A stretch of DNA of 64,000 nucleotides from Anaeramoeba ignava BMAN (lineage: Eukaryota > Protista > Anaeramoebae), in assembly GCA_028826165.1 (NCBI GenBank), contig JAPDFW010000123.1:62001-126000 (forward strand), read 5' to 3'. Shown piece by piece: positions 25,106-38,600 of this stretch. Position 1 is the first letter of the stretch. Each line of letters starts with the position of its first letter. The notes beneath the pieces are model-generated. The model was not told the origin of the DNA and made no database searches. It was given only the letters and a program-made list of their open reading frames with translations. The position numbers and the translations under genes are program-made.

Positions 25106-27722
25106 TTAATCATCATCATAAGAAGTTGTTTCAAAACTTGTTTCATGAATACTTTGAAGATTTTCATTTAGATTTTCATTTTGATTTTCAATTAAATTTT
25201 CATTTTCATTTTCATTTTCATTTAAATTTTCAATTAAATTTTGATTTTCATTTTCAATTAAATTTTCAATTAAATTTTCATTTGCTTTTGGAAAAAATTT
25301 TTCATTCCATAAATTTAAATCTTCTTTTTCAATTTCTCCCCATAATTTCTTTTCATGTGAAAGAATTTTTGATTCCCAATTATAAGAATGTTTTAAAAAT
25401 GTTTGATTTGGAAAAAATTCTCGATCTTGATCTTTTGTAATTTCTAATTCTAAAAAAAATAAAAATAGAATTAGGGAAAATTTTGATTTTGATTTTGATT
25501 TTGATTTTGATTTTGATTTTGATTTTGATTTTGATTTTGATTTTGTTTTTGATTTTTGATTTTGATTTTGTTTTTGATTTTGTTTTTGAATAAATAAATT
25601 AATAAATCAAACCTGCTTCTTTTTCTTTGTGAAATTTCCGTATTTTGTACCAAAATAAAATCCAAATTATTATTGAAATGAAAAATAAAATGATTGAAAT
25701 TGAAAATAAACTTAATCGATTTCTTAAAATGAAATAACCAGACATTGCCAAATTAAAAAAAGTTAAAACAAAGAAAATTTGAGAAACTGTTGAATCAAGA
25801 ATGGATCCACTTGCTTTTAAACCTTTTGAATAGAATGTTAAAAAATTATACTTGTCAACTGTGTATTTGAACAAGAAATAAATAAGTCCAAAAGGGGCTA
25901 TCAAAGGTATCATAATTGAAAAAAGTAAAACAATTCCTATTATTGTTGCTTGAAGTGCGAATTGTGGACCAAAAGGGAAATTTTTTGTTTTTTCAAGTTT
26001 TGCTAGTTCAAATTTTCTTTCATTTTGAGAAAGATCTTTTTTTCTCAATTTCCAATGTTGAAAAGAGTCTGAAAACTGCAAAAGTTGCATTCCGCATCCA
26101 TAAAAAGCGAACTGAATAAGCAAGTTAATAAATGCAGCGCCATGATCAACAAGAAAAGCTTCTTTGAACATTGACCAAAAGCTGTTGGATGACAAATAGT
26201 CCTCAATAATAACATAAATATAGACAGAAGATACAAAGGGAAGAAATTCCAAGCCAAGAAAGAAAAAAGCAAAGTCTGTTTTCATGATTGTGATTTCTTC
26301 TGATGAATAAGATTTTTTCCCTAATTTGCTGATCCCCTTTTTAACAAGTGAAGGAATAAAAGAACTGAACAAATACATGGCAATTGCAGGAAGATAGGAA
26401 TAAATAAATGCTGAGAAGAAGCTTCCTGCTAGTTTTTTGAAAGCTTCTGTTTTTCGAAGTCTTTCCAATGAATTTAGAAACGCGATTGGTGAAGAATACA
26501 GAATCAATAGCAAGACTAGCAATGTGAACACAACAATCCCATTTATAATTTTCTTTTTTCGACCCAAACTAAAGCTTTTCCAATTAACATCATAATGTTC
26601 AGGCGCTTGTGTAATTTTGAAGTTTGGGAATATTTTCCTTGATTTTTGGTCGCTCAAACACAACCAAACAACAGGAGGTCTTTTAAAGACCACAAATGCA
26701 GTTGGTAATTTTTGGGGAATGGATTCATTGGAATACAAACTCTTGATTTTACTTTCCAACTTCTTGATTTTCTTTGTTGTTTCTTCAATCAAAATATTCA
26801 CATCATCTTCACTTGGAAAACATCCACAAGTCAAATCTTTTACTGCATCATTGAGTTTCTCATTTTGATAATAAGAGAGTCTGTCAAGATGCAAAAACAA
26901 CTGTTCTCGCAAATCGGATATTTGCTTTAGATCCCTTACAATATAACAAAACAAAACATCATCAGGAAATTTTTCATCAAACAAATTTTTCAATTCATTT
27001 TCTGTTATATTTGTTGGTATTTTTTCAACCAAAACTGTGAATTCATAAGGCTCAATTTTATCGGCATTTTGTTTTGAATTTAAATGTGAATGTGAGTTAA
27101 GAATTAACTTGTAAAAATGGTAAATGTATCCAAAAACTAATATTGTAAATACAATTTGGAAAATGCAATGAAAAACAAGTAAGTTTGAATTTGAAGAAAT
27201 ATTATTGACTGTTGTTGATCCAAATCCTTTTTGATCTTCTGGTAATGAATTCCCAGAAATATTTATTGGCATGATTATTCCAACTGAAATTATTGATAAA
27301 ATTGCAAACAAAATCATTGTGTATTTTTGGAATTTTAAATAAATCCATCCTGATGATCCAATTTTCTTTTTGATTTTTTCTTCCTTAATTTTCCAAGTCA
27401 TATAAATCCACCAAAATGGGTTTTTACTTTCTTTTTCTTCTGTTATTACTTGTGAGTTATCAAATATATTAACCCATTCGTTTTCTTTTTCTTCTTCTTT
27501 CTTATTTTCATTTTCTTGTAAATCATCTGTTAATTCTTTTTCTTCTTCCTTTTTTTCTGTTATTGAATTATTTTCAATTTTTTCAAGTGGTTTTTCTAAT
27601 TGATAATTTTGAAACTTTTTTAAATTTTTTGAAGGTTTTCTTTGAATTTTAGCAATTATAAAAAATGCAATTAAAAATAATGAATTCATCATTAAAACAA
27701 AAACAATTCCTCCATCATTCAT
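25106..27722 (-). CDS. OSCA/TMEM63/CSC1 mechanosensitive cation channel; intron 25450-25612
   Basis: YLKFQK, IIMPINISG, TTVNNI, FTVLVEKIP, AFVVF, APEHYDVNW, PLIAPFGLIYFLFKYTVDKYNFL. A spliced last exon reads to SYDDD-stop at 25106. Confidence 0.9.
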
Positions 27723-27836
27723 TTTAAATTAAATTAAAAAAAAAATGAAAAAAATGAAAAAAATTTTTTTTGATTTTTTAATTTTTTTAAAAAAAAAAAA
27801 GTGGATCATTTAATTTAAATGATTTTGTTTTTTCTT

Positions 27837-30636
27837 TTAAATTTCTTTATGTTTTCTTGTTTTGTATTTTGATCTTCCTTTTCTTGTATTATATTTTTTA
27901 CGTCTTCTTTTAGTATCTTTTTGTTTATCTTTTTCTTTTTCTTTTTCTTTAGATTTTTCTTTAGATTTTGATTTTTGATTTTTATTTTTATTTTTATTTT
28001 TATTTTTATTTTTTGATTTTTTTGAACGTTTTTTCTTTGATTTTTCTTTCAACTTTTTTCTTTCATTTTCTCTTTCAAATTGATTTTCATTTTCATTTTC
28101 ATTTTGATTTTCATTTTCACTTTCAAATTGATTTTCATTTTGATTTTCATTTTCATTTTGATTTTCACTTTCAATTTGATTTTCATTTTCAAATTGATTT
28201 TGATTTTGATTTTCATTTTCACTTTCAATTTGATTTTGATTTTGATTTTCATTTTCACTTTCAATTTTCATTTGAGAATTATCTGAATCGTATTCAATAC
28301 TTTCCAATTTCATCTCATTTTGATTATTTTGAACTTTTGATTTTTCTAAAATTTTTGAATTTCCAAATTGAATCAAAGGATAAAAAATGCTTCTATTATT
28401 TTCTCTTGCAGAATAAAGTTGTTTAAGAGCTTTATCAGTCATTTTAGTCATTGTATTAAAAGATTGAAGATATCTTGAAGCTGAAATACCTGGAATTTTA
28501 ACTTGATTTTTAAGTTTAATTTTAAGTGGATGAGATTCTTGAGTTGATTCAGCAATTTGGATTGCATTATAAATTTTTCTGTTCTTAATAAAATAACAAT
28601 AAATGAATGTTTGTGATTGTTTTGTGTTGATATTTTTGAAACACTTAACCAGACAAGCTTCTTCATAATTTAAAAGTGGAAGATTAAGTATTTTATCCAT
28701 AATTTTCTTTTCATAAAAATATGTAAAAAAAAGTGTCAATAATTGTTCTTGATTTTCTTTTGGAATTTCTCTTATTTTCTTAAGTGATGAAAGATGAAAT
28801 TGGAATTTTAAAAGAAGTTTGATTTTCATTTTTGATAAAGAAAGATTTTCATTTTCATTTTCATTTTCATTTTCATTTTCATTTTCATTTTGAATTTCAG
28901 TTTGAATTTGAATTTAAACTTTCAAACAAATTCATTAATTGAAGAGTTTCTTTGTATTTTTTATAAAAATAAAATGTTGTGAATATCTTTTCTTGAATAA
29001 ATTTTAAATCCATTAATCTTGAAACATAAACTGCTCGATAAATAAAGGGATCTGACAAAAGAAAATGAGCATCTTCAAAATTTTCATTATCTAAAAGCCA
29101 ACAACCTGATATAAATTTCTGAGAAAAATTATCCAAAATAAAACAATTTGCAAAACTTTCACTTAATTTTGGATTAAAAGGATTGAAAAATTGAAGTAAA
29201 TAATAAATAATCCATAATTGTGTTAAATTTCTTTTTGAATCTATTTTTTTTAAAAAAAAAAAGAATTTAAATGGAATGAATATCTTGATTTTTTTTTAAC
29301 AAAATGATAATAAATATTTTTACTTAAATTTTCAATATTTTCTTCTTTGGAAATTGTTTTGTGATATAATTCTATTAAGTTAGTAAATGATAAATTTTGT
29401 AAAAATGATTGAATATTTTCTGAAGGAAAAAGGTCAGCAAATAAAATTTCAAGGAAAAGTTGAGAATTAAAAGAGTTTGGATTGATACTTTTTGATTTTT
29501 TCAGAATTTAATAAATAATTTTATAAATAATTTTATAAATAATTTTATAATTAATTTTATAAATAATTTTATAAATAATTTTATAAATAATTTAATATTT
29601 AATTTTATAAATAATTTTATATTTAATTTTATAAATAATTAAATAAATAATTTTATAATTAATTTTATAAATAATTTTATATTTAATTTTATAAATAATT
29701 TTATATTTAATTTTATAAATAATTTTATATTTAATTTTATATTTAATTTTATAAATAATTTTATAATTAATTTAATAATTAATTTTATAAATAATTTTAT
29801 AAATAATTTAATATTTAATTTTATAAATAATTTTATATATAATTTTATAAATAATTTTATAAATAATTTTATAAATAAATTAATAAATTAATTTACTCAT
29901 CTTTAAAAATTTTCTTCTCTGAAAAATTTGACAATTTATTTCGAGTTTTTTGATAACTATGAGAAATGGTTTGCAAAAATTCTTTTTGTTCGGAAGATTC
30001 AGGAAGTAAATTATGTTCGAAAAACCAAATTATAAGTTCAAGATGTTGAGAAATTTGCAAAACATAAGTTGCTTTTTGATTGAGGAGATCAGTTCCTCTT
30101 TCAGTTGTATCATCTCTCATCATTAATGCTTTAATAATACTATGTAAACCACCAAGAGAAGAAAAATGTGAATCAAGATCTCCAAGAAATTCTAAAGAAT
30201 TCCAATCAAAATTTTGAGCATCTTTTTTGGAAATGTAATTTATTAACAAATCAATAAATTTTTTTTCTTTTTCAATTTTTAAAGAAATCCAATTCAATAA
30301 AATTTTGGGATGTTTTAGTAAAAAAAATGATGGAAGTTGAATTGATTTCATTTTTTCATCTTCTTCAAAAATATTGTGTTGTAATTTTTTCAAAACTAAA
30401 TTATTGATTTCATTAAAAAGTCCATTTTTAAATGATAAATGAATCCAAAATAATTGTTGTTGATCTATTGAAAATTCTGTTGGTTTTTGTTTTATTGGAA
30501 ATAATTGTTCTTCAAATAATTCTTCAATTTCTTTTTGTTCTTCAATAAGAAAATTAAAATTATTTTTTTCATATTTTCTAAAAAATTCTTGTATTGAATA
30601 ATTTTTTAAATCTGTAATAATTTTTGAAGATTGCAT
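27837..30636 (-). CDS. ELYS/HOS1-like nuclear pore assembly protein; introns 29488-29896 and ~29241-29323; frameshift near 28900
   Basis: ELYS-domain-like IIYYLLQ..SFANCF..FISGCWLLDNENFEDAHFLLSDP and LNLPLLNYEEACLVKCF, followed by a basic C-terminal tail. Confidence 0.65.
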
Positions 30637-31044
30637 TTTATAATTTTTGTTTTGTTGAATAAAAAATGAAAAATGAAAAAAAAATGAAAAAAAATTTTTT
30701 TAATTTTAAAAAGAAAAATTGCATTTTATAATTTTGTTTTTTTGAATAAAAATGAAAAATGAAAAATGAAAAATTTTTATTTTTTTAAAAAGAATTTTGA
30801 TTTTGATTTTGATTTTGAATTTAAAAAAAAAAGATTTTCATTTTGGTTTTAATTTTGATTTTAATTTTAATTTTAATTTTGATTTTGATTTCCAAATTGA
30901 TTTTGATTTTGAATTTGATTTAGATTTTGATTTTGAATTTGATTTAGATGTTGATTTTAATTTTGGTTTTAATTTTGATTTTGATTTTGAATTTGATTTT
31001 GATTTTGATTTTGATTTTGAAATTGATTTTGATTTTAAAAAGAT

Positions 31045-33593
31045 TCATTTAAAAAGATTCATTGTTTTTTTCCTCCTAGCATTTTTCTTTTTACTATTAT
31101 TTAAAAGTGTCATTCCAAGTTGTAAAATCTCATCTAATTTAATTTGTTTAGGATAATTTTGAAGAATATCATCTTCCATTTCATTTTTTTTAAATAAAGA
31201 ATCTCTAACAAGCCTTTAAATTTTTAATGTTAAATTTTTAAATGAAAAAAATTTTATCCGATTTTTGTTTTTAATTTCTTTTTTTTTACATTGGCATTGC
31301 TGCACAAATATAAGATATAAATCTAAATCTATCTTCATCAGCAAATAAAGAGAATCGATAAATTGATTTTATTTGGAAATAAAAATTGTTAAAATAGCAT
31401 TTAATTTTAACCAAAAAAAAGATTTTTAAATGAAAAATTTTTTTAAATTTAATTTTAAATTTAAATGCAAAATTTTAATTTTAATTTTAATTTTAATTTT
31501 AAATTTTAATTTCATCAGCAAATAAAGAATTTTAATTTTAAATTTTAATTTTAATTTTAATTTTTTGATTTTAATTTTTCTTTTTAATTTTAACCAAAAT
31601 TTTAAATTTTTGTTATTTAATCAATAATTTTAATTTTTAATTTTTTAATTTTAATTTTTTAATTTTAATTTTAATTTTAATTTTAAATTTAATTTTAAAT
31701 TTAATTTTAATTTTTAATTTTAATTTTAATTTTAATTTTAATTTTAATTTTAATTTTAAATTTAATTTTAAATTTAATTTTAAATTTAATTTTAAATTTA
31801 ATTTTAATTTTAATTTTAATTTTAATTTTAATTTTAATTTTAATTTTAATTTTAAATTTTAATTTTAATTTTAATTTTAATTTTAATTTTAATTTTAATT
31901 TTAATTTTAATTTTAATTTTGATTTTCATTTTAATTATAATTTTAAAATTTTCTCTTCTTCAAATAAATACAAAATGGCTCGCTAATTTTGGATCAAAAA
32001 ATGCAACTAATTGATCAACTCTTTGAAGTGATGCGTGAATACTTAAATCTGTTTGATCGAAATCTTGACAAAAATGATGTCCAATTTCACTCATTAAATT
32101 TGTAAAACAGAAAAAAGTATCATGATTTGAAAATTCTAAATAAATTTTTTAATTTTTTAATTTTTTAATTTTTTAATTAAAATTCAATAGAAATAGATTT
32201 ACTTCTCCATTCTTCATTTGGATCATTTTTAAAAAGACAAAAAATTGGAACTAAAATTTCACTCATTCCTATTAATTTTGATTTGAATTTTTAATTTAAA
32301 TTGAATTTTTAATTTAAATTGAATTTTTAATTTAATTTTAATTTGAATTTTACCTTGAACAAATCCAAATCCTGAATTTAATCGAGTAAATAAATAAATA
32401 ATTTCACACATTTGATATTTTAAATGAAGACCTTTTGATTTTGGATTTTCTGTTTTTTAAATTTAAGTTTTTTAATTTATTTTCTTAAATTTTAATTTTC
32501 ATTTTAAATTTGTTTTACTATTTTCAATTTTTTCTTCAATTTGATTTTCTCCATTTTTTTCATTTTCTTTATTTTTTTTATTTTTATTTTCATTTTCATT
32601 TTCATTTTCATTATTTTTTTCAGAATTTTGATTATCATTATTTGGACTAATTGCTTGATTATTTGATATTGAATTATTTGATAAAGAATCATTCTAAAAG
32701 AATTTTTTTTTTCAACATTTTTTTAAACATTTTTTTTTAAATAAAAATTTGAAAAGAAATAATTTTCTTTTTAAACAATTTACATTTTCATCTTCTCTAC
32801 AAAGATCATAATCAAGTTGAGTTCTTGATACATCTTTAATAATATTTTCAATTATTTTTAAATCTTTTTCTTTTATTTTTGTTCCCTTTTTAATTATAAT
32901 TTTAAATTTTATAAATGAATTTAAATTTTATAAATGAATTTTATTTTTATAAATGAATTTTAATTTTATAAATGAATTTTATTCGATTTACTTGAGTTTT
33001 TTGACGAATCATTGAAAGATTAAATGAATCCTAAAAAAAATAAAAAGAAATTTCAATTAAAAATTTAAATTAAAAATTACAAATTAATTTTTTATTTTGT
33101 TTGTTTTACTTTCACTAAAAATTCATAACAAATTGATTTAAATGAAGAATCAATAAATTCTTCTTGATAAATATTATAAGAGTTTCTTTTGTTTTTAAGA
33201 ACTTGTATCCATTTCTCTTTTTTTGTTGGAAGATATTTTAATAAAATCTATTTAATATAAAAAAATTTTTTATTAATTTGTAATTTTTGTTTTTTTCAAT
33301 TTGGAAAAAAAAAATTTAATCAATAAAAAAAGATAAAAGATAAAAGATAAGAATAATCAATAAAGAAATTTACTCTCCAATAAATTGGTCGATGAATATC
33401 AGGAATTCCTTTTATTTTTTTTAACAATTTAAAATTTGAAAAAAAAAAATTTAAAAAATTGATAAAAAAAATTTTTATAAAATAAAAAATTACCATTAAA
33501 TGATAAATTTGCTATTATATCAAAATCTAAATTTGGTTGTTTTAAAGTTTCTGTAAAAAGTGCAATTCTTTGTTTTGTATTAATAAGATCCAT
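31045..33593 (-). CDS. TBC-domain Rab GTPase-activating protein (TBC1D13-like), many short exons, missed by the ORF track
   Basis: Spliced translation gives GIPDIHRPIYWRILLKYLP, IIKDVSRT (R finger), FVQG|MSEILVPI (Q finger), DTFFCFTNLMSEI, SLFADEDRF and LQNYP. The region 31380-31950 looks garbled. Confidence 0.8.
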
Positions 33594-33798
33594 TTTTTAA
33601 ATAAACTAAAAAAGAAAAAAAAAATGAAAAAAAAAATGAAAAAAAAATTTTTGAAATTTAATTAAAAAAATTTGAAAGGAAAAATTTGAAATTAAATTGA
33701 AATTAAAAAAATTGAAATTAAATTGAAATTAAAATTGAAATTAAATTGAAAGGAAAAAATTGGAATTAAAAAAATTGAAAGGAAAAAATTGAAAAAAT

Positions 33799-35385
33799 TC
33801 AATTCAATTTTGGAAAGCAATAACTATAAACTAAAGGAAGTTTTTGTTTTAATTGAGCGTAAATTGGAAGTTTAACAGCAGTTTTTGGGACTTTAGAAAC
33901 GAAAGAAGAAACGATTCCTTTATGAATTTTATCAAAAGAAACTTCTTCATTTTGAGTTAAATTTTTGGAAACAAGTTCAATTGGTTTTGAGATCAACGTA
34001 GCTTCAACAGAAGAAGAGAAACCGATTAAAGCGCCAACAGCAAGTTGTCTTGGAAGAGAAGGTTGTCCTTGAAGAAAGTATTTCTTTGAAAGATATCCAT
34101 TATATTCTCGAAATCCTTGATATGTTACTAAATAGAAAATATCACTGTGTAATTTGTTAAAATATCCTTTTAACATCCCGTTAAGTCCTTTAGTTCGTAG
34201 TAAATCAACTGTACTCATTATTATACTCACTTTTTTCTCGTTGTTTTGGTTGTAATTTTTATGATATTCTTTCATGTTTTTCTTTTGATTTAAAAATTAA
34301 AAATTAAAGTTAAAATTATAATAAAAATTAAAATTAAAATTAAAATTATAATTAAAATTAAATTTAAAATTAAAATTAAAATTAAAATTATAATTAAAAT
34401 TAAAATCAAAATTAAAATTAAAATCAAAATTAAAATTAAAATTAAAATTAAAATCCAAAATTAAAATTAAAATTAAAATTAAAATTATAATTAAAATCAA
34501 AATTAAAAATTAAAATCAAAATTAAAATTATAATTAAAATTAAAATTAAAAATAAAATCAAAATTATAATTAAAATTAAAATTTAAAATTAAAATTAAAA
34601 TTAAAATTAAAATTTAAAATTAAAATTAAAATTAAAATTAAAATTAAAATTAAAATTAAAATTAAAATTAAAATTATAATTAAAAGTAAAATTATAATTA
34701 AAATTAAAATTAAAATTTAAATTAAAATTAAAATTAAAAATTAAAATCCAAAATTAAAATTAAAATTAAAATTATAATTAAAATTAAAATCAAAATTAAA
34801 ATTAAATATTAAAAATAAAATCAAAATCAAAATTCATTTATAAAATTATAATTAAAATTAAAATCAAAATTAAAATTAAAATTATAATTAAAATTAAAAT
34901 TAAAATTAAAATTAAAATTAAAATTAAAATTAAAATTCATTTATAAAATTAAAATTAAAATTAAAATCAAAATCAAAATTAAAATTTAAAATCAAAATTA
35001 AAATTAAAATCAAAATCAAAATTAAAATTACATTAACAATAGTAATAAAAGTTTTTGTAATTGAAATCAAAGCACCAGCTAAAATACCCATTTTCCAAGA
35101 TTGAGAAAGAGGTAAGTTAAGTTTTTTACGTAAATATTCTTTATAATTATCAGTAATAACTTGAGTATAAGAAGAAGTAATAAAAGTAGGTATTGTTTCA
35201 CTTAAATTAATTGATTTTCCAACAAATGGTCGTGTAATTTGATCTGAAAAACAAGATGCAAGTCCTCCTGCTACATAAATATACCCATTTTTAAATAATA
35301 TTGTTGGTTGTCTTATCTCTCCTTGTTTGTTTACTGCTTGTTTTATTGGTGGTTGTGTTGTTTGTAGTTTTTTTTTTGAAAACAT
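33799..35385 (-). CDS. Divergent mitochondrial-carrier (SLC25)-like protein, 2 exons (35385-35032, 34281-33799), ~278 aa
   Basis: Three AG-containing odd-helix-like segments (VAGGLASCFSDQITRPF; ILAGALISITKTFIT; AVGALIG..LISKPIELVSK) and KGLNGMLKGY. The phase-0 GT-AG intron joins in frame. The Px[DE]xx[KR] signature is only partly kept. Confidence 0.45.
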
Positions 35386-35691
35386 TTCTTTGCCAAAAGA
35401 ATAAATGAAAAAATGAAATTATGAAATATAAAAAATAAAAAATTTTTTTTCTTTTTTTTCAATCAACTCAATTTTATTAATATTTTATTAATATTTTATT
35501 AATAATTTATTAATATTTAATTAATTAATATTTTATTAATATTTTATTAATATTTATTAATATTTTATTAATATTTTATTAATATTTTATTAATATTTTA
35601 TTAATATTTTATTAATATTTTATTAATATTTTATTAATAATTTATTAATATTTTATTAATATTTAATTAATATTTTATTAATATTTTAAAT

Positions 35692-38600
35692 TTAATTAGT
35701 TGAAATATCTAAATCTTCTTGAAATTCATCATCAATTTGATTTTTAAGAATTTTATATCTTTGAGGAGAAAATCTTTGAACTTCTTGAATAATTTGCCAA
35801 TCTTTTGGATGAAAATTGCGCTGATAAAACAAATAGAAATAAGTTGGAAGTAAACAAGCAATAAAAATAAACAAAAAAGACAAATAAAACATAGGAGAAA
35901 CAATCGCCATATAAAAAACACCAAAAATCTCTGGGAAAGTAGTAAGCATATTTGAATAAACAGCAAGGAAAACAATCAAAAAAGCAAGAGTTCCCCACAT
36001 AGAAACATGAGTTAACCAATTCCAATATTTGTGATTAAGTGCATAATCAATATTCACAATAATAATTGAAAAAACAGCACAATATAATCCAAAATTAGTG
36101 AATCCAACAATTTTTCCACTTGAATAAAGAATATTATCATAAAATACTCCATATACAACAAAAAATATCACAAGTGATTGATAGCATGCATTTAAAATTC
36201 TCCATGAAAATATCTTGAAATTTAATTTCCTTCTTTTTTTGGGATGAATCAATAAGTTATAAAGTTGTGGAAAATCCATTAGTATTTGTTCTTTGACATC
36301 TTTCTCAGTAAATCCAAATACAAATGGTGGTAAAAATGTGAATGTGATATTGAATAATGTCATAATCCATCCATCATACAAAGAAACCCCAGAAAAACCT
36401 GTGAAGAAAGAAAACCAAAATTGACTTAGAATAAACTGAAAATTTTTGTAAAAGGAATAAAGAATTAATTCAAATAATCTAAGAAAAGAATATCTTCCAT
36501 GAACAAGTAAAAGACGTTTTAAATGACGAAATCTAGTAAGACTATAATCACTTGAACGAGCAGCTTGAGTACCTTCTTTTCCGAATATTCCAATACCGAC
36601 ATTTGCGGCTAGTCAGATTTATTTTAAATAATATTTTAAATATTTAATTTATATTTTGTATTTAAATATTTTGAATATTTTGTATATTTTGAATATTTTA
36701 AATATTTTAAATATTATTTTGTATTTAAATATTTTGAATTTAAATATTTAATTTATATTTTAAATATTTTGTATTTAAATATTTTAAATAATATTTTGAA
36801 TATTTTGAATATTTTAAATATTTTGAATATTTGTATTTAAATATTTTGAATATTTTGAATATTTTAAATATTTTAAATATTTTGTATTTAAATAATTCGT
36901 TTAACTTACCTTGAATCATACTAACATCATTTGCTCCATCTCCAATTGCAAGACATAATCTATTTGTTTTTTTTCTTACTAATTCTACTACTTTGGCTTT
37001 TTGCTTTGGAGTAACTCTACAACAAATAACTGTTTGAGATTTAACAGCAAGATTTAAAAAATGTTGTTTCAATGAAGAAAGAATTGTTCTGAGAGTTTGT
37101 CCTGTAACAACAATGGAAAATGATTGTTCATTTTTTTGTGAAAAATCAGATTGAAGATCAGGCTCTTGATTTGGTATTTCTGAAAAATTTTTATAATTTG
37201 AATTCTTTTGATTTAAATCACTTTCACTTGAATCATTTTCTTCAAAATCCTTTTCATCAATTTCATTTTCATTTTCATTTTCATCTTCTTTTTCTTTTTC
37301 ATTTTCTTCAATATCATTTGGTTTTAATTCTAATTCTTGATATTTCCATCCAAGTGTTTGATATGCATTTTTCAAAGAAGATAAAATTTCTGGTTTTTTT
37401 TGACCTTCAATATAAATAATTTTGCTTTTTTTATCAATCAAATTGCAAGAAACAGCAACACTAACAGCAGTTTCTCTTTTATCACCTGTTAACACCCAAA
37501 AGGCAATTCCCGCTTGAATCAAAGAGGCTATTGTATCAGGAACACCGTCTTGAAGACGATCCATAATTCCTGTCACACCCAAAAAAATCAAATCATTTTC
37601 AATTAAATCACAAACTTTATGGACTTTTTTCACTCTTTGATTTAAAGAAGCTTTTGCCTTTTCAAATTTATTTTTCCATGCAAGATATTGTGATTCCTCC
37701 AAATTTTTATATGCAATTACAAGTGTTCTCAACCCGTCTTTAGAGAACTGATAAATAGAATTTTTTCCTTTTTCAATATTTTCATTTCCTATTTTGGAAA
37801 GTTTGGGAATTACTGATGAATCTGCTCCTTTGCAATATAAAATATATTGTCTGGTAATTGGATTCAAAACAACAACAGACATTCTTTTTCTGTCAGAATC
37901 AAATTCAAGAACAGAATCAATTTGGAAAGTTTGGAATTGGTTTGAATTTTGATTTTCAAAATCACTTTGGATTGAAATTTCATTTTCTGATTCTAATGAT
38001 AATTCTTCTCCAATATTTTCTTTTTCCTTCAAAAAAATTTTTTTCAATGTGATTCCCTTTGTTTTCTTTCTTGAAACCATTTCAATACCAACCAATTTAG
38101 CTGCTTTAACTAAAGCAACTTCATCTTGAGATTGACCTTGAAAATCATTTTTCTTGGTGAGCTCATTGTATTCGGGAATGACAGTGTGGCAAAGAGAAAT
38201 TGCATGAAAAAACTGAGACACCAACAAATTTTGCTCTTCGTTTTTCATCAATTCTCTGAGTTGATTGATGTCATCTTTGTTAGTGAAATGATAAACTTTT
38301 TCACCAATTGAGCATTTGTAAATTTCCATTTCATTTTCTGTTAAAGTTCCTGTTTTATCCGACAAAATAATCTCAATTTGGCCCAATTCTTCGTTAAGAT
38401 CGCTATTTTTAACAACCATTCTTCCTCCGTTTTCTTCATTATACATTTCTAAATCCCATTGCATAAACCAACTTTGAACAATTCTCACACATTCAACTGT
38501 TACATAAAGTGAAATTGGAATCATATATGAATAAATAATAAAATAGGCTCCAAACGAATCAAGAAATATTGTCTTCCATAGCATTACTCGCGTTGTTTCT

